A stretch of DNA of 64,000 nucleotides from Candidatus Sungiibacteriota bacterium (GTDB taxonomy: Bacteria > Patescibacteriota > Minisyncoccia > Sungbacterales > SURF-37): NCBI GenBank assembly GCA_016203665.1, contig JACQMJ010000005.1:1516-65515 (forward strand), read 5' to 3'. Shown here piece after piece: positions 61,310 to 64,000 of the stretch. The notes under the pieces were generated by a model that worked only from the letters and a program-made list of their open reading frames with translations, was not told where the DNA came from and searched no databases. Both the position numbers and the translations under genes were made by a program. Each line of letters opens with the position of its first letter. Positions within the stretch are counted from its first letter, which is position 1.

Positions 61310-63250
61310 ATGGCAAAGATACTCGGAATTGATTTGGGAACGACTAATTCGGCCATGGCCATCGTGGAAGGCGGGGAGCCGAAGGTGCTTGAGAACAAGG
61401 AGGGTGCGCGCACCACGCCCTCTATTGTCGCGCTTTCCAAATCGGGCGACCGCCTCGTCGGCGTTTTGGCCAAGCGCCAGGCCGTGACAAACCCCAAGAA
61501 CACCATCTTCTCGGTCAAGCGCCTGATCGGACGGCGCTGGTCGGACCGGGAAGTCCAGACCGACCAAAAGCTCCTGTCCTACGAGATACGCGAATCGTCT
61601 TCGGGCGGCGTGGATGTGGCGATGGGCGAGAAGGCCTACCGGCCGGAGGAGATCTCGGCCATGGTCCTCGCTAAGCTGAAGGCCGACGCCGAGGACAAGC
61701 TCGGCGAGAAAATAACAGATGCCGTCATCACTTGTCCGGCCTATTTTGACGACTCCCAGCGCGCCGCCACCAAGGCCGCCGGCGAAATCGCGGGCTTTAA
61801 CGTCAAGCGCATTCTGCCCGAGCCAACGGCCGCGGCACTGGCCTACGGCTTCAACAAGCGCAAATCAGAGCAGATCGTAGTCTACGACTTCGGCGGCGGC
61901 ACGTTTGACCTATCGGTGCTGGAAATAGGCGACGACGTTATAGAAGTGAAGGCCATTGACGGCGATATGCACTTGGGCGGCGACGACTTTGACCAGCGCA
62001 TAATTTCCTGGCTCATCGCCGAGTTCAAGCGAGAGGAGGGCATTGATCTTGGCAAGGACACGCTGGCCCTTCAGCGCCTGAAGGAAGCGGCCGAGAGAGC
62101 TAAGCATGATCTTTCCACGGTCCTGGAAACTGAAATCAACATTCCCTTTATCACCTCCACGGATGCCGGGCCAAAGCACTTTCTTATTCGTATGACCCGG
62201 GCCAAGCTTGAGGAGCTGGTAGGCGACTATATTGATAAATCCATAGACATTACCAAGCGCGCGGTGAAGGCCTCAGGGTTTGAGCTGAAGGACATTGACG
62301 AGATCATCATGGTCGGCGGCCAGACGAGGATGCCGGCCATCGTGGAGGCCGTGAAAAACCTCTTTAGCAAGGAGCCGAACCGCACCATTAATCCGGACGA
62401 GGTCGTGGCCGTGGGGGCGGCCATCGAGGCCGGCATATTGCAGGGCGACGTGAAGGACGTTCTGCTCTTGGATGCGGTGCCGTTGTCTTTGGGCATTGAG
62501 ACCTTAGGCGGCGTGATGACGAAGCTGATTGAGAAGAACACCACTATCCCGACCTCCAAGTCGCAGATTTTTTCAACCGCGGCCGACGGCCAGACTTCGG
62601 TTGAAGTGCATGTTCTCCAAGGGGAAAGGCCCATGGCCGGTGACAATAAAACGCTCGGCCGGTTTATTTTGGACGGCATTCCGCCCGCGCCTCGCGGCAT
62701 GCCGCAGGTTGAAGTGACGTTCGACATTGACGCCAACGGCATCCTCTCGGTGAAAGCCAAGGACAAAGCCACCTCAAAGGAGCAGTCCATCCGCATTGAG
62801 GCTTCTACCGGGCTTTCCAAGGATGAGATCGAAAAGCTTAAGCGCGATGCCGAGGCCCATGCCGAAGAAGACAAAAAAAAGCGCGAGGCCGTGGAGGCGC
62901 GGAACATCGCTGATGCCATGGTCTACACCGCCGAAAAGGCGCTCCGCGATGCCGGAGACCTGCCTGACGGCAAGGCAGGTAAAGTACCGGCCGACATAAA
63001 GAAAGAGATCGAGGAAAAGATCGAAGCCCTGAAGAAAGCGAAGGACGGTGATGACCTTGAGGCCGTCAAGAAGGCCTCCCGGGAGCTGGCGCAGGCCTCG
63101 CAGAAGATCGGGGAGATACTGTATAAACAGGCTGAAGGTCCCGCCTCCGCAGAAGCTGCGGCGGGCGAGCAAAAGCCAAAGGACGAAGGCGCGGGCGAAC
63201 CGAATGTGAAGGACGCGGAGTTTGAGGAGAAGAAAAATGAGGAGGGTTAG
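61310..63250 (+). CDS. dnaK: molecular chaperone DnaK
   Basis: [16 protein letters not shown], full substrate-binding domain and lid. Confidence 0.98.
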   Translation: MAKILGIDLGTTNSAMAIVEGGEPKVLENKEGARTTPSIVALSKSGDRLVGVLAKRQAVTNPKNTIFSVKRLIGRRWSDREVQTDQKLLSYEIRESSSGGVDVAMGEKAYRPEEISAMVLAKLKADAEDKLGEKITDAVITCPAYFDDSQRAATKAAGEIAGFNVKRILPEPTAAALAYGFNKRKSEQIVVYDFGGGTFDLSVLEIGDDVIEVKAIDGDMHLGGDDFDQRIISWLIAEFKREEGIDLGKDTLALQRLKEAAERAKHDLSTVLETEINIPFITSTDAGPKHFLIRMTRAKLEELVGDYIDKSIDITKRAVKASGFELKDIDEIIMVGGQTRMPAIVEAVKNLFSKEPNRTINPDEVVAVGAAIEAGILQGDVKDVLLLDAVPLSLGIETLGGVMTKLIEKNTTIPTSKSQIFSTAADGQTSVEVHVLQGERPMAGDNKTLGRFILDGIPPAPRGMPQVEVTFDIDANGILSVKAKDKATSKEQSIRIEASTGLSKDEIEKLKRDAEAHAEEDKKKREAVEARNIADAMVYTAEKALRDAGDLPDGKAGKVPADIKKEIEEKIEALKKAKDGDDLEAVKKASRELAQASQKIGEILYKQAEGPASAEAAAGEQKPKDEGAGEPNVKDAEFEEKKNEEG

Positions 63251-63384
63251 GAGCAGGCTGTTTCCTCGACACGCTTGAAATTCCCAGCGATAATTTCTGC
63301 GCTCAGCGCTCGGGCTCGCTCTCTCGGCTTAGCCTCGAACCGTGCCCGCTCGCCCTCGCGATGGTCTCGAAAACAGCCTGCTCC
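63250..63384. mobile_element. 135-bp MITE-like inverted-repeat element
   Basis: 14-bp termini GGAGCAGGCTGTTT / AAACAGCCTGCTCC flanked by TA on both sides; the left end supplies the G of the dnaK TAG stop. Confidence 0.4.
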
Positions 63385-63426
63385 TACCCTACAGGAGAGA
63401 GCATGGTAAATGGCGGAAGGCAATGG

Positions 63427-63457
63427 AAAAAGCAGGTCAGGATGAACCCAACCTGCT
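63427..63457 (-). terminator. Rho-independent terminator
   Basis: Minus sense AGCAGGT-13 nt-ACCTGCT followed by TTTTTCC. Confidence 0.62.
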
Positions 63458-63470
63458 CGTGACGTTGGCG

Positions 63471-63677
63471 CTAAACCGGCGGATGGGTACACGGCCCCTC
63501 GTGCCAGTCCGGCAGCGTGCGTCGCTGAAAATAAGGGAAGTATTTTTCCCAGTCGGGAAGGGGAGCGACGTACACCTTCACCCCATGCATACACTTCGGG
63601 CGGAGGATAATCGGTTCCTCGCCGGATTTACGAGAGCGGATGACCATCACGTCCTCGCCGGAACATTCAGTGGACAT
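63471..63677 (-). CDS. hypothetical 68-aa protein
   Basis: GGGAGG SD 6 nt before ATG 63677; own terminator. Confidence 0.5.
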   Translation of the reverse strand: MSTECSGEDVMVIRSRKSGEEPIILRPKCMHGVKVYVAPLPDWEKYFPYFQRRTLPDWHEGPCTHPPV

Positions 63678-63714
63678 GTGTGCCTCCCTGCCTAACGATA
63701 GCACAACCAAACGC

Positions 63715-64000
63715 GTGCACCAACTAAGCCTCAAAGAGATTACCCTTGCCGTCCTTACCGTCGCGGTGGGACTCTTAAACGCCTACATTTGGCGCGAGGT
63801 GCTTTTCGCCGGCGAATTCAAGGAAGCGACTTTTTACTCTCTGCCCGTTGCCGCGCTCTTTCTTTTTGCCATCCTTTTCTCGCTGGCCTCTGCGTTCATA
63901 CGCGAAGGGCTTTTGCGTAACATCGCCGCGGCCCTGGGGCTTGCTGCTGGATTTCTCATGGTGCCTTTCCAGCCGGTGGTACTCTCGGGTGCGGCTCTCT
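63715..64000 (+). CDS. membrane protein, 3' end outside window (not in ORF track)
   Basis: Open frame from GTG 63715 to the window end encoding hydrophobic helices (LAVLTVAVGLL..., LPVAALFLFAILFSLASAF...). Confidence 0.4.
   Translation, partial: MHQLSLKEITLAVLTVAVGLLNAYIWREVLFAGEFKEATFYSLPVAALFLFAILFSLASAFIREGLLRNIAAALGLAAGFLMVPFQPVVLSGAAL

Overview
This is a 64-kb, GC-rich (about 60% by eye) bacterial chromosomal segment, densely coding on both strands with the standard genetic code. I found no rRNA, tRNA or CRISPR array. Most genes are housekeeping: frr-tlyA-SET-rseP; a thiol/disulfide redox cluster (4.4-8.8 kb); gdh, gap, proS; mreBCD-mrdA; greA, lysS, serS; an ftsQ-like gene; a PMT_2/GtrA glycosylation cluster; dnaX, msrB, VKOR, truB; ftsK, recA; rpsF-ssb-rpsR; ychF; rmuC; rplU; recR-dnaB-cysS; corA; and CIRCE-hrcA-grpE-dnaK. 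The mix of DUF3105, Gmad2/GerMN, an INS-less ProRS, a short HrcA and several near-leaderless genes suggests a reduced-genome (Patescibacteria/CPR-like) organism; that is inference, not a search result. The most unusual parts are: (1) a roughly 5-kb accessory island (44.9-50.1 kb) of separately terminated units, including a promoter-to-terminator three-gene operon ending in a MORC/HATPase_c_3-like GHKL ATPase, and an orphan purD; (2) short upstream ORFs at gap and mreB that re-encode the N-terminus of the downstream protein with mostly synonymous differences, each interrupted by a related GC-rich hairpin; (3) two promoter/terminator-bounded units with only tiny ORFs (22.3-22.9 kb and 52.0-52.6 kb); (4) MITE-like inverted-repeat elements after greA and dnaK; (5) identical 30-bp palindromes bracketing a PaaX-like gene; (6) a frameshifted PIG-L deacetylase. 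All calls rest on motif recognition by eye. Start codons were refined from Shine-Dalgarno (SD), promoter and terminator context. No database search or folding calculation was possible.
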